DNA of 64,000 bases from Eubacteriales bacterium (lineage in GTDB: Bacteria; Bacillota; Clostridia; Oscillospirales; CAG-272): positions 341 to 64,340 of the forward strand of contig JAZRTK010000016.1 in the NCBI GenBank assembly GCA_045651985.1, read 5' to 3'. Position numbers and translations under genes: made by a program. The notes under the pieces were generated by a model. It saw only the letters and a list, made by a program, of their open reading frames with translations, was not told the origin of the DNA and did no database searches. Positions 48,185-57,028 of the stretch are shown one piece after another (within the stretch, counting starts at the first letter, position 1; each line of letters begins with the position of its first letter).

Positions 48185-48565
48185 ATGGAAGAAATTTTTA
48201 AAATAGGAGACTTGAGCGGAGCCGAGGCCGAGGAAATAGCAAAGGCGGCAGCTACCGTTCTTGACGATAAGAAGGGAATTGATGTGAAGATCATTCCCGT
48301 GGCATCGAAGATCGACATAGTGGACTATTTCGTGGTTTGCTCGGGTACGTCCAACACTCATATCAAAGCGCTGGCAGACGAGGTGGAATACCGGTTGGTC
48401 GAGGCGGGTTTAAAGCTCAAGTCCTACGAGGGCAGAGGAAACAACACCTGGATCTTGGTTGACTTTGGCGAGGTGGTAGTTCACGTATTTAGCCGCGAGG
48501 CGAGAGATTTCTACAACATTGAAAAGCTTTATCGCGGGGCAAGTGAGTCTGCACAGGCAGAATAA
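48185..48565 (+). CDS. rsfS: Ribosomal silencing factor RsfS
   Basis: Iojap-like motif (DYFVVCSGTSNTHIKALADEV...W.L.D.G.VVVHVF). Confidence 0.92.
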   Translation: MEEIFKIGDLSGAEAEEIAKAAATVLDDKKGIDVKIIPVASKIDIVDYFVVCSGTSNTHIKALADEVEYRLVEAGLKLKSYEGRGNNTWILVDFGEVVVHVFSREARDFYNIEKLYRGASESAQAE

Positions 48566-48597
48566 AAGTTAATTACTTCATTGAAAGGCATATCATT

Positions 48598-51000
48598 ATG
48601 AAATACGATTTCAAAAATATTGAAGAAAAATGGCAAAAAAAGTGGGAGGAAGCGAAGATCTTTGAGGCACAGGACAAGTCCGAAAAGCCCAAATTCTACG
48701 CGCTTGTAGAATTTCCTTATCCCTCGGGCGCAGGTATGCACGTAGGTCATATCAAGGCTTATTCGGGTCTGGAGGTCGTTTCCCGCAAGAGAAGAATGCA
48801 GGGCTACAACGTCCTTTTTCCTATCGGCTTTGACGCTTACGGCCTGCCTACCGAGAACACCGCAATAAAGACGGGCGTTCACCCCAGAATCGTAACCGAC
48901 AGAAATATTGAAAAGTTCACAAGCCAGCTTAAAAAGGTGGGCTTTTCCTTTGACTGGACCCGCGTTATCGACACCACCGAAGAGGACTACTATAAGTGGA
49001 CACAGTACATCTTCCTCAAGATGTTCGAGAACGGACTTGTGTTCCGCGACAACGCGCTGGTAAACTACTGTCCTTCCTGTAAGGTCGTTCTTTCAAACGA
49101 GGACTCTCAGGGCGGTAAGTGCGATATCTGCCATAGCGATATCGTGCAGAAGTCCAAGGACGTTTGGTATCTTCGCATAACAAAGTACGCAGACAAGCTC
49201 CTGGAGGGGTTGGAGGGCGTTGACTATCTGCCCAACGTGCGTCAGCAGCAGGTGAACTGGATAGGTAAAAGCACGGGAGCCTTTGTGAACTTCTCCATCA
49301 CGGGTATGGACGAAAAGCTCCGAATTTACACGACCCGTTGCGACACGCTCTACGGCGTAACCTTTATGGTAATTGCCCCCGAGCATCCCATTATCGAAAA
49401 GCTTTCCGACAAGATCACGAACATGGACGCGCTCAACGCTTATAAGGCAGAGTGCGCAAAGAAGACCGAGTTTGAGAGGACTCAGCTGGTAAAGGATAAG
49501 ACGGGTGTCCGCATTGAGGGTATCACCGCGACCAACCCCATTACAGGCAAGGAGATTCCGATCTTTATCGCCGACTACGTAATGATGGGCTACGGTACGG
49601 GCGCTATCATGGCGGTTCCCGCACACGACGAGCGCGACTACGACTTCGCAAGGACATTTGGTCTTGATATTATCCCCGTAATCGAGGGCGGAAATATTGA
49701 AGAAGCGGCGTATACAGGCGACGGAAACATGATAAATTCCGGCTTCCTCAACGGCCTTGATAACAAGAAGGACTCTATCGCCCGCATGATCGCTCACCTT
49801 GAAGAACAGGGTATTGGCGAGGAGGGCGTTCAGTACAAGATGAAGGACTGGGCGTTCAACCGTCAGAGATATTGGGGCGAGCCTATTCCGATCGTTCACT
49901 GTCCTGAATGCGGAATCGTTCCCGTTCCATATGATCAGCTTCCTCTGGTACTTCCCGAGGTCAAGGAATTCGAGCCGGGTACAGACGGTGAAAGCCCTCT
50001 TGCAAAGATCGAAAGTTTTGTTAACTGCACCTGCCCCAAGTGCGGCAAGGCAGCAAAGCGCGAGACGGATACAATGCCCCAGTGGGCGGGTTCCTCTTGG
50101 TATTTCTTGCGCTATATCGACCCCAAGTGCGATCATGCTATTGCCGATATGGACAAGATGAAGTACTGGCTCCCCGTTGACTGGTACAACGGCGGTATGG
50201 AGCACGTTACCCGCCACATGATCTACTCCAGATTCTGGCACAAGTTCCTCTATGATATTGGCGAGGTGCCTACCTTCGAGCCTTACGCAAAGAGAACGGC
50301 TCAGGGTCTTATTCTCGGTCCCGACGGCGTAAAGATGTCCAAATCACGCGGAAACGTAATCGACCCCAACGACGTAACAAACGAGGTTGGTGCCGATACT
50401 TTGCGTACTTATATCCTCTTTATGGGTGAATACGGAAGTGCCGCTCCCTGGTCCGAGACCAGCGTTAAGGGCTGTAAGCGATTCCTTGAAAAGATCGTTG
50501 ATTTCCGTGACATGGCAAGGGGCAACGGCGTGACACCCTCGCTCGAATCTGCTATCCATAAGACCATAAAGAAGGTTTCGAGCGATATCGAAGATCTGAA
50601 ATTCAATACTGCAATCGCGGCTCTTATGTCTCTTGCAAACGATATTTCATCGGCAGGTACGCTGACTGTTGACGAATATAAGACGGTTCTGAAGCTACTC
50701 TGTCCCATCGCGCCTCATATTTGTGAGGAAATGTGGGAAAGTGTTGGCGGCGAGGGCTTCTGCTCAATGGCTGCATGGCCTGAGTACTGCGAGGAAAAGA
50801 CGGTGGATGCCTCCGTTGAGATTGCAGTTCAGGTAAACGGTAAGCTCCGCGCAACTATCATGCTTCCCCGCGACATTGCAAAAGAAGACGCGATCGCAGC
50901 GGCAAAGGCAGATGAGAAGGTCAAGCCCTTTGTTGAAGGCAAGACGATCATCAAGGAAATTGCAGTTCCCAACAAGATAGTTAATATCGTAGTAAAATAA
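48598..51000 (+). CDS. leuS: Leucine--tRNA ligase
   Basis: HIGH-type motif (PSGAGMHVGH), KMSKS and a CP1 editing domain. Confidence 0.97.
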   Translation: MKYDFKNIEEKWQKKWEEAKIFEAQDKSEKPKFYALVEFPYPSGAGMHVGHIKAYSGLEVVSRKRRMQGYNVLFPIGFDAYGLPTENTAIKTGVHPRIVTDRNIEKFTSQLKKVGFSFDWTRVIDTTEEDYYKWTQYIFLKMFENGLVFRDNALVNYCPSCKVVLSNEDSQGGKCDICHSDIVQKSKDVWYLRITKYADKLLEGLEGVDYLPNVRQQQVNWIGKSTGAFVNFSITGMDEKLRIYTTRCDTLYGVTFMVIAPEHPIIEKLSDKITNMDALNAYKAECAKKTEFERTQLVKDKTGVRIEGITATNPITGKEIPIFIADYVMMGYGTGAIMAVPAHDERDYDFARTFGLDIIPVIEGGNIEEAAYTGDGNMINSGFLNGLDNKKDSIARMIAHLEEQGIGEEGVQYKMKDWAFNRQRYWGEPIPIVHCPECGIVPVPYDQLPLVLPEVKEFEPGTDGESPLAKIESFVNCTCPKCGKAAKRETDTMPQWAGSSWYFLRYIDPKCDHAIADMDKMKYWLPVDWYNGGMEHVTRHMIYSRFWHKFLYDIGEVPTFEPYAKRTAQGLILGPDGVKMSKSRGNVIDPNDVTNEVGADTLRTYILFMGEYGSAAPWSETSVKGCKRFLEKIVDFRDMARGNGVTPSLESAIHKTIKKVSSDIEDLKFNTAIAALMSLANDISSAGTLTVDEYKTVLKLLCPIAPHICEEMWESVGGEGFCSMAAWPEYCEEKTVDASVEIAVQVNGKLRATIMLPRDIAKEDAIAAAKADEKVKPFVEGKTIIKEIAVPNKIVNIVVK

Positions 51001-51044
51001 AAACCGAAAAAACGGCAAAAAATAAAAATATTTTCAAATAAGTA

Positions 51045-51073
51045 TTGACAATTTGCCGTCATCGGTGTATAAT
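51045..51073 (+). promoter_or_regulatory. Consensus sigma-A promoter of rpsU
   Basis: TTGACA, 17 nt, TATAAT. Confidence 0.7.
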
Positions 51074-51124
51074 ATCAAAAGAAATTTCATTTTCTCTTGC
51101 AATAGCGGAGGGGGGGAAACAGTA

Positions 51125-51301
51125 ATGGCAGAAGTAAGAGTTAAAGAAGGCGAGACACTTGACAGTGCTCTTCGTCGCTTTAAGCGTCAGTGCGCAAGAT
51201 CCGGCGTCCTCACCGAGCTTCGTAAAAGAGAACACTATGAAAAGCCTAGTGTTAAGCGTAAGAAGAAGTCTGAGGCTGCAAGAAAGCGCAAGTATAAGTA
51301 A
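51125..51301 (+). CDS. rpsU: 30S ribosomal protein S21
   Basis: [42 protein letters not shown] signature. Confidence 0.95.
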   Translation: MAEVRVKEGETLDSALRRFKRQCARSGVLTELRKREHYEKPSVKRKKKSEAARKRKYK

Positions 51302-51313
51302 TTTGCTTATAAC

Positions 51314-51341
51314 AAAAAGGGTTGCACGAGCAACCCTTTTT
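51314..51341 (+). terminator. Rho-independent terminator after rpsU
   Basis: AAAAAGGGTTGC-acga-GCAACCCTTTTT. Confidence 0.8.
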
Positions 51342-51361
51342 AGTTTGTTCCATAAAAATGA

Positions 51362-51390
51362 GGGCAGTCCATGAGGACTGCCCGTTTTTA
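51362..51390. terminator. Second hairpin terminator, serving the SLH gene on the minus strand
   Basis: GGGCAGTCC-atga-GGACTGCCC with T-runs on both strands, directly after the stop at 51393. Confidence 0.8.
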
Positions 51391-51392
51391 TT

Positions 51393-53837
51393 TTAGGAGA
51401 TTGTTATAATGTGTGTGATCGTGCTGCCGTTTGCAATGAAGCTTACAGTCATGCCGTAAAGCTCGCCTGCTACGAGGTTCTTCACCGTGTGTCCGTTTGC
51501 GCCCGATTCAATGTGAGAAATGGTCGCATCGGAAGCCAGGTTGTAGCTTGTAGAGCCAATAGTAATGACGTTGCCTGCAATACCGTTTACCGTACCGCTC
51601 TCAAGAGTCTTCTCGGTAGCGGAGATATTTCCATTCTCGTCAAGAAGGTAGGTCTTTGTTGATACAAGAGAGCCATTCTCGGAGTAGAAGGACTCGATCT
51701 TGCCGTTTGCGAAGTTGTATACGCGGTAAACGTGGAGTGCCTTACCGTCAACAAGCTCTGTGCCGTCGGAGGACAGAACAGTTACGTAGTTTACAAGGCT
51801 TGTTGCCAGATCAATGGAGCCGTTTGAGACGTAGAGGAAGCTGAGCTTCTCAATGTCGCCCTGGCAGTTTTGTGCAACTGCAACAACGGTTGCGCCGTCA
51901 GCTACTCTGATATCGGAGGAGAGGACGCCGCGGCGGTATACGTAGCCGTTTGCGGTCTTTACGATAATAATTGTGTCGGAGTCTGTGATAAAGTCAAGGT
52001 CAGCGCCGCTGCCCGAGAGTGTAAAGTACACGTTCTCGCCTTTGCTAATAGTCACAGAGGAAGCGGAGTTGATCACGGTCTTGATCGCATCGGAGGGAGC
52101 GAATTCAGACGCATCCGGTGCTACCAGAGTAAGCACGCCGTCCTTTTCTGTGTAGCGGTATACCTGACCTACAGTTACGGAGGAGTTGGATACGTGAACG
52201 CCCATTTCAGCGCCACCCACAAATGCAGTCATGTAGTTTACGATCTTTCCGTTGTAGACAACGGGGATAAGGTCGCTGGCTGCTACAAGATAGCTGTAAG
52301 AGGAGCTTGTTGCGTTGCCCGATGTATAAGCGGCTACGATGTTGTTGCCGAATACTACGAGGTCTACTGTCTCGCCCACATTAAGGGAAGCGTGAACGGA
52401 AGATGCGTTCTGCTCTGTTCCTGTAACGCCGAGGCCGTAGGTCTTGCCGCCGACGATAGCACTTGTCTCTGTCTTTCTGGAGACCTGAACACCCTTTACT
52501 ACTTCAAGCTTGTGCTCAATTGTAAGGCGGGAGCTGTCTGCGCTGTAATTGTAGAGAACGTAGTCGCCGTTCTGCGCGCCGTTTGCGTTCACAAAACCGC
52601 CTGTCAGCTCGTCTGCAGTCTTGTTGCCTGCGATATTGATCGCACCGTTTGTGATCTTCAGCTCACCGATGGTGAGAGGTGTGAACACAGCGGTCTTAGC
52701 TGTTGCACCGTCGAAAATAAGCTTGATTGTAAAGTAACCCTCAAGGGCAACGAGTGCTTCGTTTGAAGCGATCTTCGTGTAAGTGCCGTTTGACTGCACC
52801 TGATATACGATCAGCTCGTTTGCATTTGTAGCGGTCGCGCTTGAGTAGTTCTCGACTACCTTGTACTTCACGTCGCCGATCTTAACGTAGGTCTTGCCGG
52901 TGTCGTAGGAGAAGGAGGTGAATTTCTCTGCCTTGCCGTACTTTGCGGACGCAAGAACAGTGGAAATGCCGCTGGATGCGTTGGTCTTGTAGAATACCGT
53001 GAACTGCTCGCCGATAGAGCTTGCAGCGTCACCGTTTACACCGAGATCGGACGCGAGAACGTGTGTGGGCTCGCCGTCAATGAGGACGAGAACGTAGCCG
53101 TTCTTTACTACCTTGTCATAAGGTGTGAGAGATGCGTTGTTCGTTGCAACGATCTGCGCTACACCTGCCTTGTAGCCGTAGATTTCGGAGAGAACGGTGG
53201 TAACTCTCGTTACAGTTGTTCCCGATGCGTTGTTAGCTACCACGTAGTCGGCGGTCAAAGCGTTAAAGAGAAGAGCCGCTGTCTGCGCTCTGGTGAGCGT
53301 ATCCGTGTACTCGACATTCTCAAGACCGCGGGTCAGACCGATTCTTGTTCCGATGTCTATGTAAGACCAGGGATAGCCTGAAGCGGTCTTGTCGTTGGTC
53401 TGGCCGAGCGCACGTGTTACCATTGCCAGCGCGTCCTGCAGGGTAATGCCGCCGCGGGGATCAAAGGTGGTGTAGGTCGTTCCAAGGATGAAGCCGTTTG
53501 CACTTGCCCAGGAGATAGCACCGTTGTAGGTGGGCTCATAGAGGTCGGTGAAAGGAGATGTGTTGATTCTGCCTGCGTTGTCCTTGCCTGTCATGAGGCG
53601 GTACAGCAGGAGTGCCATCTGCTCTCTTGATACGTTTGCTTTGGGCGAAAATTCATTTTCGGACGTACCGAGAATTATGCCCATGTCGGAGAGAATCTCG
53701 ATCTGCTCCGAAAACTGAGATTCGGGTGCCACGTCGTCAAAGCTTTTAGCGGAACCCGAGATCACTGTTGCAGATACCGTTCCGAGTATCATAAGGACGG
53801 ACAGCAACAGAGCAAAAAATTTCTTTGATTTTTGCAT
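51393..53837 (-). CDS. SLH-domain cell-surface protein (S-layer protein candidate)
   Basis: Signal peptide and three N-terminal SLH repeats (FDDV...ILGTSENEFSP..., FTD...GFILGTTYTTFDP..., ...). The roughly 600-aa Thr/Ser/Val/Asn/Gly-rich region contains one Cys. Confidence 0.85.
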   Translation of the reverse strand: MQKSKKFFALLLSVLMILGTVSATVISGSAKSFDDVAPESQFSEQIEILSDMGIILGTSENEFSPKANVSREQMALLLYRLMTGKDNAGRINTSPFTDLYEPTYNGAISWASANGFILGTTYTTFDPRGGITLQDALAMVTRALGQTNDKTASGYPWSYIDIGTRIGLTRGLENVEYTDTLTRAQTAALLFNALTADYVVANNASGTTVTRVTTVLSEIYGYKAGVAQIVATNNASLTPYDKVVKNGYVLVLIDGEPTHVLASDLGVNGDAASSIGEQFTVFYKTNASSGISTVLASAKYGKAEKFTSFSYDTGKTYVKIGDVKYKVVENYSSATATNANELIVYQVQSNGTYTKIASNEALVALEGYFTIKLIFDGATAKTAVFTPLTIGELKITNGAINIAGNKTADELTGGFVNANGAQNGDYVLYNYSADSSRLTIEHKLEVVKGVQVSRKTETSAIVGGKTYGLGVTGTEQNASSVHASLNVGETVDLVVFGNNIVAAYTSGNATSSSYSYLVAASDLIPVVYNGKIVNYMTAFVGGAEMGVHVSNSSVTVGQVYRYTEKDGVLTLVAPDASEFAPSDAIKTVINSASSVTISKGENVYFTLSGSGADLDFITDSDTIIIVKTANGYVYRRGVLSSDIRVADGATVVAVAQNCQGDIEKLSFLYVSNGSIDLATSLVNYVTVLSSDGTELVDGKALHVYRVYNFANGKIESFYSENGSLVSTKTYLLDENGNISATEKTLESGTVNGIAGNVITIGSTSYNLASDATISHIESGANGHTVKNLVAGELYGMTVSFIANGSTITHIITIS

Positions 53838-54021
53838 TGATGTTTGTTCCTCCCGGAAAATAATTTATTACACCGCAAAAGCACTTGGACCCCTGCCCCC
53901 GAGGGGGAAGTTTTCTCCGCACTCTTTTGGCGCAACGGTAGGATAACACGGCAAACGCATAAAATCAATAGATTCGACCTATCTGAAACATAGGGGAAAT
54001 CTTAAATTTCCAGACAAAAAC

Positions 54022-54069
54022 AAAAAATGCAGAAGAGAGGAAAAATGTCCGCACTTCTGCATTTTTTTG
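54022..54069. terminator. Hairpin terminator after the SGNH-like gene
   Basis: ATGCAGAAG...CTTCTGCAT with flanking A/T runs. Confidence 0.6.
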
Positions 54070-54072
54070 GTT

Positions 54073-55002
54073 TTATTTGTACCCGTGAGTTCTTATGTAC
54101 GAAAGGACCGTCTCAAAACCCTTTGCGTTCATGTTCCAGCCCGTGCCGCCGTTGTCGTATTCGTCCTTCATGGCGCCATTTGAATCCTTTAAGGCTGTAC
54201 AGGTGTCAAGATATTTTACTCCGCAGGATTGAGCAAGGGAATAGATCACGCTGTTCAGCTCGTCGATTTTTGCGTTGCTGACCTTGCCCGTAACGCGGGA
54301 CGCGATAGGGTATACCGATTGAAGAATGATCTTCGTGTTGGGGGAAGCGTTCATGACAGCATTTATGAGCGCCGTGTATTCCTCGATAAATTTGTCCGCA
54401 CTTATCTGATTCATGCCCTCAAACCCCAGAGCAATAACAAGATATTCGGGCTTGGACTTTGATGCCGCATCCGCCACGGTCATTTCGATACCTGTTTGAG
54501 GATAGATTATCTTTTTGTCACAAATTCCGCTGAGTGTCAGCGTTCCGCTTGTCGTTCTCCAGACCTGTTTTGTGTCCTTTCCGCCGCTGAGAGCACCGTA
54601 GGAGCGAAGACCGACGTTTGTGGCGTCCACCAGAAAAACGAACCTGTCAATGTACTCCTGTCCCATGTCCTCGCTTTCTCCGAGAAGTGTGGAGGTAGGC
54701 TCATCGGGCATCTGCATTTCCGTGTCGGGCGTTTGTGTCACGGGAGGCTCGGTGTCGGGGGCTTGTGTTTCGGGCGGATATGTATCGGGTGCGCTTTGCA
54801 CAGTATCGGCATCTTCCGTGTCGGCTGTGTCCGTACCCGAGGGCAGCTTTACGTGGTCTTCAAAAAGCTCGCTTTCCACAGAATCATTTGAGAAAAACAT
54901 TCCGATGGTCACCACGGCAACAGTAAAGACCAGCGCAAGCGTCGCCACGATGCAGATAACTGTAAGAAAAAAGGAATAGTTGATATTTTCGTACTTTTTC
55001 AT
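54073..55002 (-). CDS. Membrane-anchored SGNH/GDSL-fold protein, apparently lacking the catalytic triad
   Basis: N-terminal TM helix, a Pro/Thr/Asp/Glu-rich linker and an SGNH-like domain. Block I reads FLVDATNVG rather than GDS. Block V reads GTGWNMNAKG rather than DGxHxN. Confidence 0.65.
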   Translation of the reverse strand: MKKYENINYSFFLTVICIVATLALVFTVAVVTIGMFFSNDSVESELFEDHVKLPSGTDTADTEDADTVQSAPDTYPPETQAPDTEPPVTQTPDTEMQMPDEPTSTLLGESEDMGQEYIDRFVFLVDATNVGLRSYGALSGGKDTKQVWRTTSGTLTLSGICDKKIIYPQTGIEMTVADAASKSKPEYLVIALGFEGMNQISADKFIEEYTALINAVMNASPNTKIILQSVYPIASRVTGKVSNAKIDELNSVIYSLAQSCGVKYLDTCTALKDSNGAMKDEYDNGGTGWNMNAKGFETVLSYIRTHGYK

Positions 55003-55004
55003 GC

Positions 55005-55421
55005 TCAGTCCCTTTTCAGCTTATCGTACAGGGGTGTGTATTCTTTTTTCTTACCCATGTTCTTGACGTTGTAAATGAGGAAGACAAGCACGTGAACCAC
55101 CGTCAGGCAAACACCCACGAAAAGCGCTGCGGGACCGTTGTTTTTGCTCGGTATCATCAGAACGGCTATAGCCGAGCCGACGGTCAAAATAAGGTGGATA
55201 AAGTAGCGGAGCAGGGCGTTCATTTCGGTCCTGAAATAGACGTGGTTGGCAATGCCCAGTGCTATTGAAAATCCGAAGACCCCGAATACTATCTGCGGCA
55301 AAAGCGCGTCCTTTGAGGGGTCAAGGAAAAGAATTATGGCCGTCTGAGCGCAGAGGGTGACGACAGAAAACGTTACGCACGCCGAGCGCAGGATAGATCC
55401 TATGGTTTTTAGTGATTTCAT
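55005..55421 (-). CDS. Small integral membrane protein (4 TM), unknown function
   Basis: Hydrophobicity pattern. It sits 2 nt upstream of the SGNH-like gene. Confidence 0.6.
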   Translation of the reverse strand: MKSLKTIGSILRSACVTFSVVTLCAQTAIILFLDPSKDALLPQIVFGVFGFSIALGIANHVYFRTEMNALLRYFIHLILTVGSAIAVLMIPSKNNGPAALFVGVCLTVVHVLVFLIYNVKNMGKKKEYTPLYDKLKRD

Positions 55422-55451
55422 GTGCTACCTCACAATATTTTATATATACTC

Positions 55452-55480
55452 ATTTTATCATAAAATGCGACTTTTTTCAA
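55452..55480 (-). promoter_or_regulatory. Putative sigma-A promoter for 55421-54073 operon
   Basis: Minus strand: TTGAAA, 17 nt, TAAAAT. Confidence 0.45.
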
Positions 55481-55526
55481 TACCCTTGACTTATATTTTG
55501 TTTTCCGAATGACGGCAGAGAGAAGA

Positions 55527-55570
55527 AATATTCAAAAAAACGTGAATATTCATGAAAATATTCACGTTTT
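55527..55570. promoter_or_regulatory. Palindrome / triple AATATTCA repeat between divergent promoters (possible operator)
   Basis: AAAACGTGAATATT-catgaa-AATATTCACGTTTT (14-bp perfect arms). AATATTCA occurs at 55528, 55544 and 55557. Confidence 0.4.
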
Positions 55571-55573
55571 CTG

Positions 55574-55602
55574 TTGACTTTTTCGCGAAAAAGTATTAAA
55601 AT
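55574..55602 (+). promoter_or_regulatory. Putative sigma-A promoter of the nusB operon
   Basis: TTGACT, 17 nt, TAAAAT. Confidence 0.55.
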
Positions 55603-55652
55603 ATAATATATAATGTGGTAAGTGCGCCTGCGGGCTAAAGAAAGGATAAAAT

Positions 55653-56084
55653 ATGTCTGACAAAATGACCAGAAGAGAAGCAAGAGAGGCGGCGTTCTGC
55701 CTTATTTTCGAGAGCGATTTCAGAGTCGGGGAGGAAAGGGAGGCACTGTATGCAAATACGGTCAAGAACCTTGAGATACCTAAAAATAAATACGTAAAGA
55801 CCGTGTATTTCGGCGTGGCTGAAAATATTGTTGATATTGACGCGCTTATCGCCAAGTGTTCGGTGGGCTGGAAGACAGAGAGAATGACTCACGTGTCCCG
55901 TGCCATATTGCGCTTGGCGGTCTACGAGATGCTCTTTATGGAGGACATTCCTCAAAAAGTAACCATAAACGAAGCCTTGGAGCTTGCAAAGAAGTACGAC
56001 GAGGAAAAGGCGAGAGCGTTTGTAAACGGCATTCTTAACGCCGTAAAGAACACCCTTCCCGCGCAGGAAGATACGAATGAATAA
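55653..56084 (+). CDS. nusB: Transcription antitermination factor NusB
   Basis: REAAF..LF... ILRLAVYEM... pattern and size. Confidence 0.92.
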   Translation: MSDKMTRREAREAAFCLIFESDFRVGEEREALYANTVKNLEIPKNKYVKTVYFGVAENIVDIDALIAKCSVGWKTERMTHVSRAILRLAVYEMLFMEDIPQKVTINEALELAKKYDEEKARAFVNGILNAVKNTLPAQEDTNE

Positions 56085-57027
56085 AATTCCTTGCTACGTT
56101 GGAATAGACACGAGCAATTACACTACCTCGGCGGCGGTCTGCTCCAAAGACGGTGAGATAGTGTCGAATTTGAAGCTTCCCCTGCCCGTAAAGGCGGGAG
56201 AGGTGGGACTGCGCCAAAGTGACGCGGTATTCGCACATATAAAAAATCTGCCCGTTCTTATGGAAATGCTGTCCGAAAAGCTTGAGGGATATGAGATAGT
56301 GGCAGTGGGAGTTTCGGAAAAGCCCCGTGATGCAGAGGGCGCTTATATGCCTTGCTTTCTTTCGGGGGTTGCGGCTGCAAAATCCTTTGCCGCGGGTGCG
56401 GGCAACGTTCCCGTGCGTGGATTTTCTCATCAGAGCGGTCACATAATGGCGGCGGTCTACTCAAGCGGACAGCTTGAACTGCTGAACTCCGATTTTATTG
56501 CCTTCCACGTGTCGGGCGGCACCACCGAGGCACTTTTGGTGCGTCCCGGAGCGAACGGGTTTGACGTTTCCATTATTGGCGAGACCCTCGACCTCAACGC
56601 AGGACAGGCAGTGGACCGCGCGGGTGTCATGCTTGGTTTAAAATTCCCTTGCGGACCCGAGCTGGAAAAATCAGCTCTTTTAAACGACAAAAAAATACCG
56701 AGAGGGAAGATATCCGTTGTCGGCGGAAACTGCAACCTGTCGGGCTTGGAAAATCTTGCGAGACGGCTTTATCATGACACCGAGGACAAAAACCTTACCG
56801 CCGCTTTCGTCCTTGATTTTATCGGCAGAACGCTTATTGCCATGACTGAAAATCTTCGCGCCGTCCACGGCTCTCTGCCCGTGCTTTACGCGGGGGGCGT
56901 TATGAGTAATTCCATTATTCGTAAAATGCTTTGCGTCAGCGGAAACGAATTTTTCGCCGAACCTGCTTTTTCTTCTGATAACGCGGCCGGCGTGGCACTT
57001 CTTTGCCGAAAGGCTTTTGGAGATTAA
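56077..57027 (+). CDS. Kae1/TsaD-like (peptidase M22 / glycoprotease family) protein
   Basis: ASKHA-fold N-terminus (GIDTSNYTTSAAV) and metal motif HQSGH. Diverges from canonical TsaD (GIETSCDET). Confidence 0.7.
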   Translation: MNKIPCYVGIDTSNYTTSAAVCSKDGEIVSNLKLPLPVKAGEVGLRQSDAVFAHIKNLPVLMEMLSEKLEGYEIVAVGVSEKPRDAEGAYMPCFLSGVAAAKSFAAGAGNVPVRGFSHQSGHIMAAVYSSGQLELLNSDFIAFHVSGGTTEALLVRPGANGFDVSIIGETLDLNAGQAVDRAGVMLGLKFPCGPELEKSALLNDKKIPRGKISVVGGNCNLSGLENLARRLYHDTEDKNLTAAFVLDFIGRTLIAMTENLRAVHGSLPVLYAGGVMSNSIIRKMLCVSGNEFFAEPAFSSDNAAGVALLCRKAFGD

Positions 57028-57028
57028 G

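Noticed and set aside
49093-50241. 382-aa ORF antisense to leuS
   Set aside because: It sits inside a gene with unambiguous LeuRS motifs. It has a nonsense-like composition and no start context.
51870-52766. 298-aa Cys/Val-rich plus-strand ORF inside the SLH gene
   Set aside because: It is antisense to a gene with a signal peptide and SLH repeats. The extreme Cys/Val content is an artefact of reading Thr/Ala/Asn-rich codons backwards.
54700-54800. Short GGTGTCGGG-type DNA repeats
   Set aside because: They encode the Pro/Thr/Asp/Glu-rich linker (PDTxPPxTQ) of the SGNH-like protein. This is low-complexity coding sequence, not a regulatory array.
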